This document shows positions 13,321-25,444 of a stretch of DNA of 59,192 nt, piece after piece. The notes beneath the pieces were generated by a model, which saw only the letters and a program-made list of their open reading frames with translations, was not told where the DNA came from and made no database searches. Numbering within the stretch: position 1 is the first letter of the stretch; each line of letters begins with the position of its first letter. Made by a program: the position numbers and the translations under genes. The DNA comes from Chiloscyllium plagiosum (lineage: Eukaryota): the NCBI RefSeq assembly GCF_004010195.1, contig NC_057719.1, forward strand, positions 64,541,049-64,600,240. Reading direction: 5' to 3'.

Positions 13321-13427
13321 TAGATTAGATTACTTACAGCGTGGAAACAGGCCCTTCGGCCCAACAAGTCCACACCGACCTGCCGAAGCGCAACCCACCC
13401 ATACCCCTACACTTACCCCTTCACCTG
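13321..13427 (-). mobile_element. 5'-truncated HE1 SINE flanked by a 60-bp direct repeat
   Basis: tagattagattacttacagcgtggaaacagg... tail fragment; 13261-13320 is identical to 13428-13487. Confidence 0.85.
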
Positions 13428-13953
13428 TGCTGTACACATCTATGACTATGATCTGATTTCAACTGGGATAATAGTTGGACTAGAAATGTAACAAAACATT
13501 TCAGATGCAAAAGAAAAATTAAGTCAGCCAATGCTGATTATGGATTGTAACTCTTTTTTAGAGGATTAGGCATGCTGTTATGTGCTTGTAACTCTGCAGA
13601 TGGCCAAATAGCCCAATAATGTGCACTGACAAAAAGGAATAGCTACAAATGACCGAGCAGAGGGCTACTGCTCCCTCTGGAATAGTGCATGACTTAGTAT
13701 TTCCTGGAGAGCTAGGGAGAAGAGTGATGTACAGAAAGCAAATAAGTTAAAGGCATTTTTTTCCCATTGTATTATCCATTCAAATGTGTTATCACTTCTG
13801 TAAAATCAATATTGTTTTTTGTTGCATGCCATGTCTTAAAGGGACATTGGTAATGTGAAAAAGACACTGACTACTAAAACAGAACCCCATTTGGCCTTTA
13901 CTGCATTTTATTCCTGCATGTCTCTCACCAGTTTGCCATTTTATTTGATGCAG

Positions 13954-14206
13954 GAAACCTGATGGTATTATGGTCCACATGCCGCACATCAGTATTCAAG
14001 TCTGTCACAAATCGTTTCATCAAAAACCTGGCCTGTGCTGGAATCTGTGCAAGTGTCTTTTGTGTGCCTTTCGATATCATCCTGAGTGCCAGTCCACACT
14101 GCTGCTGGTGGATCTACACCCTGCTCTTCTGTAAAATTATCAAATTCTTGCACAAAGTCTTCTGTTCTGTCACTGTTCTCAGCTTTACTGTCATTGCATT
14201 GGACAG
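13954..14206 (+). CDS. GPR176: GPR176 internal coding exon (exon 2; end of TM1 to the DR of DRY)
   Basis: Translates (G)NLMVLWSTCRTSVFKSVTNRFIKNLACAGICASVFCVPFDIILSASPHCCWWIYTLLFCKIIKFLHKVFCSVTVLSFTVIALD(R), recognisably GPR176. Acceptor ttatttgatgcag|GA (phase 1), donor GACAG|gtaggt (phase 2); 253 nt. Confidence 0.96.
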
Positions 14207-15930
14207 GTAGGTCCTATCTTATGACTAGACTGCTATAGCATACACTTTGAGCAATTCTCAGTTGTACGTTTTGGCTGCATGACCACAATACTATATCTGA
14301 GATCAAATCAATATCTATGGGCAGACCTTTTCTGCTAAGGGTATCCTTAAAACATTGAATTTTAAAGACATTCTTCTGTAGTTACAAACTGGCTTTCCTG
14401 ATGTTATGTTCTTCATTCTGTTTCTTAAAAACAATGATTTCTCATTAATTGTGGTTTCTGATTGCTGTTAAAATAGATGTGCTATTCTTTGATGCATTAT
14501 TGTTATAACTAACTAAAAACAAAGGGTACATCGTGAGCAGCTTTGGTCTGTGGTAATTATCAATATGCAGGAAAATAGCCTGGTCAGATAATGTGATGAT
14601 GTGAAGGTCTTACCATTCCATCATGGAGCCAAAGTGTAGTGGCACCGTGTAGTCATGTGTTATCAGTTATGATGTTGGAGACTCTCGTGTTCGTTTCATC
14701 AGATGGCTGACCCAGTCTCTCCTGCTGTTACTGCCTGTCACTGGTGTGTGTTGAAATGATTAAAACTTCTTTGCTGGATTATAATGTGCCTCTGGTTGTA
14801 AAGCCTTGGGCTGTGACTCAAATCTGCATCCTCTACCTCAGAGGCTGAAACTCTCCACATTGTGCCATGAGACATCCTCAAATAGGTTGTAAAGAATTAA
14901 ATTGTGAGTGAATCGCATTAATGCTTTGGGTAGAAATAATTATTAATCAAAAGTTGATTATTCGTGACTACAAGTGCTCATTCGAATTTTGAATTTTTCG
15001 CTCCTGTAGTATAATCGGCAGAACTGAATACAATACTTTGGCCATTGCATCAAAAATGAGGGAAATTACAGAATTGCCTGACCATCCTCGGTCACAACAT
15101 TATCTTGTAAGCCCTCCTTGACTTTTATTATTCTTTACTTGGTACCTCAAGCGTCCTGCCTGAAACATCGACTCTCTTGCTCCTCGATGCTGCCTGACCT
15201 GCTGTGCTTTTTCCAGTGCCACACTTTGTCACTTCAATTTGGTACTCATCGGAAACAAAAATATAAAATAGATCTTCACTTTGTCTTTGCAGCAGTGTAA
15301 CAGTTAAAGCTGTTTCCTGGAAATTTGTTCGCCTGTCTGGTATAATGCACAGACATTTTCCGTGAAGGTTACCTGTGCAGCCATTACATTGTTCGCTTTT
15401 CAACAGAGCCAGACAGATTGGCCATCCTGAGCACAGCGTTGCCGTGCTGTATTGTTGATGCTCCTTAATTCAATAAGAATCCTTTCAGGGGAGTCAACCT
15501 GCTCCTAATTTTGGTTGATGCAAATGCCTGTCATTCGAATGACAGCCACAGCTCTGATTGATAGAATCACCTTAAGCAGAATGCATGTCAGAGGCATGGA
15601 TTTCTCCACTGGAAGGCAAAACTATTGAGAAGCCTACACGATCGTGAACTATTAGAGAACAGAATAAGTGGCAATTATTGACGATCCCTTACGCCTTCTT
15701 TTGTTTGAGAAGATGATGTGCTATAAGGAAGCAATAACAACAACGTTCCCCAGGCTTCTCCACCAAAGTAAACCCTCTTGACTACATCGTTGTATAAACC
15801 TTTACATACAGAATTACTTCGAGTGTTTTCATAATAATTGTTTTGCCCTTTTTTTTGTTTGAAAGGAAATGATGGGAAATAGCTTTAAATTGAGGGGTGA
15901 TAGATATTGGACAGATGTCAGAGGTAGTTT

Positions 15931-18900
15931 TCCAAAGTTCCAAAAATTGTGTTCGGGGAATTCTCTAGCCCAAGGTTAGACGTTTCTGTGGCCAGCAGCG
16001 AAAAATCAGAATGGTGTGTTGCTTCCCTGGTTCCAGGATCAAGCATGTCTCAGAGAGGGTGCAGAATGTTCTCAATGGGGAGAGGGGCCAGCAAGAGGTC
16101 ATTGTCCACATTGGAACCAATGACATAAGAGGGGAAAAGGTTGAGATTCTGAAGGGTGATTACAGAAGAGTTAGGCAGGAATTTAAAAAGGAGGTCCTCG
16201 AGAGTAGTAATATCTGGAATACTCCTGGTGCTACCTGCTAGTGAGGGCAGGAATAGGAAGATAGAGCAGATGAATGCATGGCTCAGGAGCTGGTGTATGG
16301 GAGAAGGATTCACATTTTTGGATCATTGGAGTAGAAGTGATCTGTACTAGAAGAACGGATTGCACTTAAATTGGAAGGAGATTAATATACTGGCAGGGAG
16401 ATTTGCTAGAGCTGCTCGGGAGGATTTAAACTAGTAAGGGGGGGGCGGGGGACCCAAGGAGATAGTGAGGAAAGAGATCAATCTGAGACTGGTACAGTTG
16501 AGAACAGAAGTGAGTCAAACAGTCAGGGCAGGCAGGGACAAGGTAGGACTAATAAATTAAACTGCATTTATTTCAATGCAAGGGGCCTAACAGGGAAGGC
16601 AGATGAACTCAGGGCATGGTTCGGAACATGGGACTGGGATATCATAACAATTACGGAAACATGGCTCAGGGATGGGCAGGACTGGCAGCTTAATGTTCCA
16701 GGTTACAATGCTACAGGAAGGATAGAAAGGGAGGCAAGAGAGTAGGGGGAGTGGCGTTTTTGATAAGGGATAGCATTACAGCTGTGCTGAGGGAGGATAT
16801 TCCTGGAAATACATCCAGGGAAGTTATTTGGGTGGAACTGAGAAATAAGAAAGAGATGATCACCTTATTGGGATTGTATTATAGACCACCTAATAGAGGG
16901 AAATTGAGAAACAAACTTGTAAGGAGATCTCAGCTATTTGTAAGAATAATTGGGTGGTTACGATAGGGGATTTTAACTTTCCAAACACAGACTGGGACTG
17001 CCATAGTGTTAAGGGTTTAGATGGAGAGGAATTTGTTAAGTGTATACAAGAAAAATTTCTGATTCAGTATGTGGATGTACCTACTAGAGAAGGTGCAAAA
17101 CTTGACCTATTCTTGGGAAGTAAGGCACGGCAGGTGACTGAGTTGTTAGTGGGGGAGCACTTTGCGGCCAGCGACCATAATTCAATTAGATTTAAAACAG
17201 TGATGCAAAAACGATGGACCAGATCTAAAAGTTGAAGTTCTAAATTGGAGAAAGGCTAATTTTGACGGTATTAGGCAAGAATTTTCAAAAGCAGATTGGG
17301 GGCAGATGTTCGCAGGTAAAGGGACGGCTGAAAAATGGGAAGCCTTCAGGAATGAGATAACGAGAATCCAGAGAAATTATATTCCTGTCAGGGTGAAAGG
17401 GAAGGCTGGTAGGTATAAGGAATGCTGGATGACTAGAGAAATTGAGGGTTTGCTTGAGAAAAAGAAGGAAGCATATGTCAGGTATAGACAGGATAGATTG
17501 AGTGAATCCTTAGAAGAGTATAAAGGCAGTAGCAGTATACTTAAGAGAGAAATCAGAAGGGCAAAAAGGGGATACGAGATAGCTTTGGCAAATAGAATTA
17601 AAGAGAATCCAAAGGGTTTTTACAAATACATTAAGGACAAAAGGGTAACCAGGGAGAGAATAGGCCCCCTCAAAGATCAGCAAGGCGGCCTTTGTGAGGA
17701 GCTGCAGAAAATGGGGGAGATACTAAGCGAGAATTTTGCATCAGTATTTACTGTCAAAAAGGATATAGAAGATATAGAAAGTTGCAAAATAGATGGTGAC
17801 ACCTTGCAAAATGTCCATATTACAGAGGAGGAAGTGCTGGATGTCTTAAAACGCATAAATCCCCAGGACCTGATCAGGTGTACCCTAGAACTCTGTGGGA
17901 AGCAAGAGAAGTGATTGCTGGGCCTCTTGCTGAGATATTTGTATCATCAATAGTCACAGGTGAGGTGCCGGAAGACTGGAGGTTGGCTAATGTGATGCCA
18001 CTGTTTAAGAAGGGTGGTAAGGACAAGCCAGGGAAGTACAGACCAGTGAGCCTGATGTTGGTGGTGGGCAAGTTGTTGGAGGGAATCCTGAGGGACAGGA
18101 TGTACATGTATTTGGAAAGGCAAGGACTGATTAGGGATAGTCAACATGGCTTTGTGCTAATAAAATCATGTCTCACAAACTTGATTGAGTTTTTTGAAGA
18201 AGTAACAAAGAGGATTGATGAGGGCAGAGCGGTAGGTGTGATCTATATGGACTTCAGTAAGGCTTTCGTCAAGGTTCCCCATGGAAGACTGATTAGCAAG
18301 GTTCGATCTCACGGAATACAGGGAGAACTAGCCATTTGGATACAGAACTNNNNNNNNNNNNNNNNNNNNNNNNNNNNNNNNNNNNNNNNNNNNNNNNNNN
18401 NNNNNNNNNNNNNNNNNNNNNNNNNNNNNNNNNNNNNNNNNNNNNNNNNNNNNNNNNNNNNGATGACACCAAAATTGGAGGTGTAGTGGACAGCGAAGAA
18501 GGTTACCTGAGATTACAAGAGGATCTGGACCAGATGGGCCAATGGGCTGAGAAGTGGCAGATGAAGTTTAATTCAGTGCTGCATTTTGGGAAAGCAAATC
18601 TTGGCAGGACTAAGGTCCTAGGGAGTGTTGCTGAACAAAGAGACCTTGGAGTGCAGGTTCATAGCTCCTTGAAAATTGAGTCACAGGTAGATAGGATAGT
18701 GAAGAAGGTGTTTGGTATGCTTTCCTTTATTGGTCAGAGTATTGAGTACAGGAGTTGGGAGGTCATGTTGCAGCTGTACAGGTCATTGGTTAGGCCATTG
18801 TTGGAACATTGTGTATAGTTCTGGTCTCCTTCCTATCGGAAAGATGTTGTGAAACTTGAAAGGGTTCAGAAAAGATTTCCAAGGATGTTGCCAGGGAAGG

Positions 18901-19346
18901 AGGATTTGAACTATAGGGAGAGGCTGAACAGGCTGGGGCTGTTTTCCCTGGAGCGTCGGACGTTGAGGGGTGACATTATAGAGGTTTACAAAATCATGAA
19001 GGGCATGAATAGGATAAATAGACAAAGTCTTTTCCCTGGGGGTTGGGGAGTCCAGAACTAAAGGGCATAGGTTTAGGGTGAGAGGGGAAAGATGTAAAAG
19101 TGACCTAAGGGGCGACTGTTTCAAACAGAGGGTAGTATGTGTATGGAATGAGCTGCCAGAGGAAGTGGTGGAGGCTGATGCAATTGCAACATTTAAGAGG
19201 CATTTGGATGGGTATATGAATAGGAAGGGTTTGGAGGGATATGGGCCAGGTGTTGGCAGGTGGGACTAGATTGGGTTGGGATATCTGGTCGGCATGGACG
19301 GGTTGGACCGAATGGTGTGTTTCCATGCTGTACATCTCTATGACTC
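15931..19346 (+). mobile_element. Large CR1 LINE (ORF1 SGNH-esterase part, ORF2 APE-RT), frameshifted, nested in an older CR1 3' end
   Basis: ORF1 VCCFPGSRI...VIVHIGTNDI. ORF2 CIYFNARGL, GDFNFP, SDHN, YRPVSL, SQHGF, MDFSKAF, DDTKIGG. 6-bp TSD tagttt (15925-15930 and 19347-19352). The host CR1 runs about 15870-15930 and 19353-19545. Confidence 0.92.
18350..18461. other. Assembly gap (112 N)
   Basis: Run of n within the CR1 RT domain. Confidence 1.
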
Positions 19347-19996
19347 TAGTTTCTTTACTCAGAGTAGTAGGGACCTGGCACGGAGTGCCTGCAACAGTAG
19401 TAGACTCGCCAACTTTAAGGGCATTTAAATGGTCATTGGATAGGCATAATAGTGTAAGTTAGATGGGCTTCACATTGGTCCCTCAGGTCAGCACAACATC
19501 GAGGGCCAGAGGGCCTGTACTGCGCTGCAATATTCTATGTTCTATGTAACGAGTTTCATGTATACATTACTTTTCATGGCTACCTGACATCTCAATAGAT
19601 GTTTCAAGCTAATAATGTAATTTTCAAGTGAAATCACTGTTGTAATGTAGGACATGCAGCAATCAATGCGCACATTAAGCTCGGCAATTTGATAACTACC
19701 AGTTAATGTGTTTTCGTGGTGTATGTCGAGGAAATAAATATTAGTCTGGGTAAAATCCTTGGTGTTCATGATGGAGCCATGAGATTACTTACATCGAACT
19801 GACAGGTCATCTAAGGTTTATCATCTCATTCGATTGGTACTGCCCTGGTACTATGCCGGTGTGTCAGCATGAACCTTTATCCTGAAATATGTGGAGTGAT
19901 ATTTGAACCTACAACGCTGCAAGTACTGTGTTTGTTTATACCCTGAAAAATGAGCAAGCCTGCGCTTCTAAAGTGTGTCATTCACATTATTTAGGA

Positions 19997-20308
19997 GATT
20001 AGATTAGATTACTTACAGTGTGGAAACAGGCCCTTCGGCCCAACAAGTCCACACCAACCCACCGAAGCGCAACCCACCCAGACCCATTCCTGTACATTTA
20101 CCCCTTCACCTAACACTATGGGCAATTTAGCCTGGCCAATTCATCTAACCTGCACATTTTTGGACTGTGGGAGGAAACCGGAGCACCCGGAGCAAACCCA
20201 CGCAGACATGGGGAGAATGTGCAAACTCCACACCTGAGGCGGGAATTGAACCCGGGTCTCTGGCGCTGTGAGGCAGCAGTGCTAACTACTGTGCCCACTG
20301 TGCCACCC
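19997..20308 (-). mobile_element. HE1 V-SINE
   Basis: Same head, body and (gatta)n tail as the other copies. Confidence 0.9.
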
Positions 20309-21586
20309 GTACTCTTGAAGTGATTCATATTCAGAAAAATTCCTTCATATTGTCTTTTTTCTTTCGAAGATTGTGGGAGTTTATGTGCAGAGCAAAGGCT
20401 GGGAAATGAGGGCCAATTGTTAAGTGGGACAGTTACCTAGTAGGATCTTTATCAACTACACAATAAATCTAGTTAGTGATTTGCCAATATGTGGACCTCT
20501 GATAGTGCAGTATTCCCTATGATCACATTGAAGTATCAGCCTAAGTTATACACTTCATGTTAGTTGTAACAAGAGAAATGTTATGACAATTGTGGATATA
20601 AACAAAATATTCTTGTAATGAGCATCATAGTCCCTAGGCATGAAGTCAAGAAAACAGAGTCAGACTGACACCATGGAAATAAATGAAACCTTAACTGAAC
20701 TGGGGTTAGAACAACCATGTTATTAATTCAGGGACAGGAAATCTCACTGCAAGCAAGATTTGTTCTTTGGTACCGAAGGTTTATTTCTTTGTTTTCAGGC
20801 CTCAGACGTTTGATGAGAAACAATCGCAGGGTTTTACTCCTACAGCTGCTCACAATATTATTGCTGCTCCTTGTCAAAAGGCTAATTTCAGGTTCCATGT
20901 TTTCTTTCAAAGCTGCAAACAAAGCAAATCAAACCAGGATGCTCATTCAGTTAAATTAAGCAGCATTATTCTATTTATAACCTGTAATCAAAGTGATTCA
21001 ACATCACTTGAAGAGCAGCCTTTTTGGCCCACACAATTACATAATCAGCACACGAGTCCTTTCATGAATCCTATCGTCTGCTGGTGATTGAAGAAAATGT
21101 CATTGGTGAATATATCCTGTATCTTTGTGCAGCTGGGAACTTACCCCTCTGCTATAGAGTGGCCTGCAATTATTTATTCTGAGGGGGTAAGTGAATTATG
21201 CAAAAATGTTGTACCATATTTTTTTTCTGGTTTTCAGTTTGTAGTAACTGGAAAAATGTTTTGCCATCATGACTTACTGGAACCTTTGATAAGAGAAGCC
21301 ACTGGCAAATTGGACTCCATACAGGTGGCTCCAAGCTGGAAGATACACTGCTTTGGTCCTGATGTGGGTTGGTCAAGATAAGCCAAAGTCACTTTCGGTC
21401 ATCATGGGGAAGATAAACGGCCCACAAAGACGTGCTGATCTCAATAGTCATGGGCTCTGGGATGTTAAAGGGGGCATTAATTGTCACATAAAGGAGCTCA
21501 AAAGGTGAGGGTGAAGGGTCATCAGGGAACCAGGAATGCTTCATTCTTGTGGTACTGTGCTAGTGTCCCAGCTCTGGCCCATAAAA

Positions 21587-21732
21587 GCTGAGAGTGTGGC
21601 GCTGGAAAAGCACAGCCAGTCAGGCAGCATCTGATGAGCAGGAGAATGGATGTTTCGGTCATAAGCCTTTCATCAGGAATGAGGCTTGTGGGCCAGGGGG
21701 ACTGAGAGATAAATGGCGGGGGAGTGGGGTTC
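21587..21732 (-). mobile_element. PLE 3'-end fragment (family A) with degenerate hammerhead core
   Basis: Minus-strand cattcCTGATGAaaggcttatgaccGAAAcatc (core at 21670-21676), followed by the family A tail. Confidence 0.75.
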
Positions 21733-22359
21733 ATTTATTGGGTCAAGTGGAGTCAGTAGGATAAGGCACATTCACCAAAAGTCTCACCTTCCTCACTGTG
21801 TCTAGGATTACAAGACATCACTTGTAACTGAAAAAGTCTCACACACAGGATGAAAGGTGCTAGGAAAGGACACTTTTGCTAGGCCACCTAACATGAGACC
21901 AGGATGGCTGATGAGTGTGTGATGGGTATTGTCAGGCTAGAGGATAATCCAACAGTTATATACACTTCCAAACTTCTGTGGTGCTGGTTGCAAAGAGCTG
22001 ACCTGTAATGACCCAGAGCCAAACAGAATGACAAGGAACACTTGCTGATTGAGGCCTTGTCCAAGACCGGGACTAACCTCACTGGGGGCATAACCTGCAG
22101 CTTTGTGTCAGGGCTACCCACAGCTTTGTGTCAGGGCTAAAGTGGCCTTTTGTTAAGAGTGTGAGCTTTCATCTCCTTTTCACTCCAATCTGCTGAAAGC
22201 AAAGGAACCTGGCAGAGGTTGACCCAGGAGGTCTTCATGGGGTGATATGATATGCAAAGGAACCGACACAGAAGACATCAGAGAGATTGCAGCCTCAGCA
22301 GCAGCCCTGTCCACCATCCTGCTTCTCCTGTGGATGGAGAAGCAACAGGGTATAACCTT

Positions 22360-22620
22360 CTGTGAAAACAATCTACAGGCTTAGGAGCCACTCACTGGAA
22401 ATGAGTGAGAACCAGGGTGACCCTGAATATCCTCATCCATCATGTCGTACCTTTACCGGCTGCTGGATGTGGACCTGCAGTCAAAAACTGGGTGGCAATT
22501 CCATCCCTGAAGCCGTAAGGGTAACCATTTTGCCAGCCAATCGTTTCAGGGAGCTACCAGGAACTTAACAGAGATCAACTCCTAACTGCACTCACGATGT
22601 CACTGACAAACTCTTTGGAA
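22360..22620 (+). pseudogene. PIF/Harbinger (HARBI1-like) transposase N-terminal relic
   Basis: Broken frames IYRLRSHSLEMSENQ...GNSIPEAVRVT / FASQSFQGATRNLTEIN / DVTDKLF follow the HARBI1-type helix-turn-helix pattern (FYTSGSFQ...GISQ...VTEAL). Confidence 0.6.
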
Positions 22621-25444
22621 GAGCCCACCAAATCACCACCATTGCCCCATCGACACGGGGAGTCAAGCAGCCAGGGTTCTCAGGCACCTCTGGTTTCTCA
22701 CAGGGTCAGGATATCATCAATAGCACTCACTTGGCAATTTAGAGCACTCTCTCATAAAGCGTTAAAAAATATTCCATCCCTTTAGCATTCAAATCATTTG
22801 TGACCAGAGCAATCTGAAAAAGCAGGTTTGCACTTGACATCCAGGAAGCTGCCCAAACTCTTACATCGTGGGCCATTCACAACTGCCCCTCCTCTTTCAA
22901 AGGCCCTTCCCCTATATAGTGATGGTTGCCAGGCAACAAGGGGTACTCCTCCACACTTGGCTGATGACTTCAGACCCACAGCAATGTGGTTGACTCTTAA
23001 CACTCTCTGGGCAACTGGGGGTGAGCAATAAGTGCTGGCCTAGCCAGCAACACCCTCATCCCATGAATGAATAAGAAAATAATATTCTGGGCTTTTGGGG
23101 GGGCAACCATCTTTGGCCTTAGGAAAGTTCCTGGCTTGCAGCCAGTGAAATGGTGTCCAGCTGGCGTTAGTCAATATTGATAACATTGACAATGGGGCAA
23201 GATTAAAACAATCATAATAAATCACCTCACAAGTGATTGGCAAATGCCAGATTTGGTGCCAGAAAGCCCCTCCCACTGTAAATACCTCTGGCTCGCATGA
23301 GCATGTGATTTGCCGACAAATATTTCTCTTGCCTAGAGAATCAATGGAAAAGGAGGTGACTGCACGAGAGAACTCTGCCCGGATATCAATGGATATTGGG
23401 CTTGTCATCATTCACATTGGAAAGCCTCAGCCACATTCGAGATTTAAATATTGCAGCTTTGGAAAAGGCTTGATACTACTCTGATAGTACCAGGATACGA
23501 AGATGATACTTGAAAATCTCAAAATGCACTCGCTTGAGTTAAGAAGGTTAGAGGTGGAATCTAATTAAAGTGCTCAGAATTATAAAGAAAGCAGAAGATA
23601 ATTTCCATTGTTGAACTGTTAATAGGGGGTAAGTATTTAGGATTAACACTTGAAATACAAAGGGGGAGTTGAGAAGAAAATTTTATGCAAAAGATTACGA
23701 GAGCCAGGATGTACGAAAATAAGTGGCTATTGAAGCTGAGCCAATCATATGCACTGAGTCATATTGTATTCGAAGCATTAAGTCTATTTCTCTCTCTCTG
23801 TGTCTCTCCATAAATTCTGCAAGAACTGCTGAGTTTCACCAATTCTTTCTGTTTTTACTTCAGCTCTCCACCATCTGGGGAACTTTGCATTCCATATTTA
23901 AAAGTGGCAGGTCATGTTGAAATTAGATTTGGGGTTTGGGATTAGAATTACATTACTGTGACTAGAATCATCTCATTATTGTCCATGCTGTGTGTAATTT
24001 TGAGGGTTTTACTGCTGATGAGAATGTAGAAGTAACAACTCCAAAACAAATGCATTAATAATTAAAAGCATGATGGTAAGATCGTGGGAAACAGGAGCAG
24101 TAGGCCATTGTGCCTGAACCCCATTTAATCATATCACGGCTGATGTGATTGCAGCCTCAACCTTGCTCTCCTCTCCCATTATCCGTGACTGCCTTGTCAA
24201 TCAAAAGTCTTGTCTAACTCAATCTCGTATAAATTCAATAACCCAACCTCCATTTCTGTCCATGGAAGAGAATTCCAAGCAATAATAAGTCTCTGAGAGA
24301 AGAAATTCATTCTTCTCTGTATCTGAAGTGAAAAACTCCTTATGTTGAATCTGTGTGCCCATGTTCAAAATTCTCACACAAGAGGAAATATCCTCTCAGT
24401 TTCAATCCTGCCAAGCCCCCATATTATCTTCACTGTTTTGATACGGTCGACCATGCTGTACTGGAGTTCCAATTCTCTGTTTTGGAGCAGCCTAATAACA
24501 GTGGCATACACCTAACACTTGCGATCTGACAAGTTCACTGAAGTTGTTTGTTATGATGGGTTCAAGATAAAAACTTTGTCCATGTCATCAAATCTGAATA
24601 ATGCAGCTGTAGTGCCGAATGTACTTGTGGTCCTGTGTACTTGCGTCTTTAAAAAAGTTGCATGTGATTAAAATAACAAGTCCACAGCTTTGTGTAAAAG
24701 AGTGAATAAGCTGCAATTAAATAGATACATAGGGTGGAGTCTTGTGTTGGGAAATAAGGGGGGTGGGACTGTACCAGAGGCAAAAAAAAACCCATCCTCA
24801 AGGCAGGATGAAAATTTGCAATTAATCTCTTGGAATTTTAAAGGTGAGTCAAGCTTTCCAACAACCAAGTTTGAGAAAGTCCTTGTGTATGATTTGCTCA
24901 TTAATAAAATGGCCAGCTTACTGGAATTAAGTTGCCCTTCCCGATTGAGTTATCGAGAAGGAGTGTGCAGAAAGTGAGGTACTATACTGGCTGGGCTTTC
25001 AAGGGAGCAGTCTGTACTTGGTCAGCTTTGGGAAAGTTTGTCTTTGTCATGCCTTGATTGAGAATGGGTGTTGGTAGTCTTACATTGAGCAGGACATGAA
25101 GGATAACTGAGGGAGGGAGGCTACCGATTGACAGGCATGGAACAAGGGGTCTGGCTGATGGAACAAGTCTGTCTGCCCAAGGGAGGCAGGTTGAAGGGCC
25201 ATATGTTACACTGCATTCGTCGATTCCGAGACCCCTGTGTGGATCTGCTAAATGGAGTATAATCTATGGAAATGTGAAATTGTCCATTTTGGCAGAAAGA
25301 ATTTTAAAAAGATCAAAATGTTGCAAAAGACAGTGGATGGAGAAACATTAGATAGTTTTAATGCAAAGCAAGGTAGATTCTTCACCCGGAACATTAACTC
25401 TGATTTCTCCTCACAGGTGCTGCCAGGCCTGCTGAGCTCCTAAT

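Noticed and set aside
1..13953. GPR176 exon 1 or promoter
   Set aside because: No N-terminal/TM1-like peptide or CpG island seen; it must lie upstream of the window.
13962..14210. Standalone 82-aa ORF
   Set aside because: It is internal exon 2; the TAG lies within the splice donor gtag.
16560..19270. Active CR1 ORF2
   Set aside because: Multiple frameshifts, stops and deletions in this and all other LINE copies.
20717..21381. Cluster of overlapping short ORFs
   Set aside because: No recognisable homology or convincing exon structure; expected by chance.
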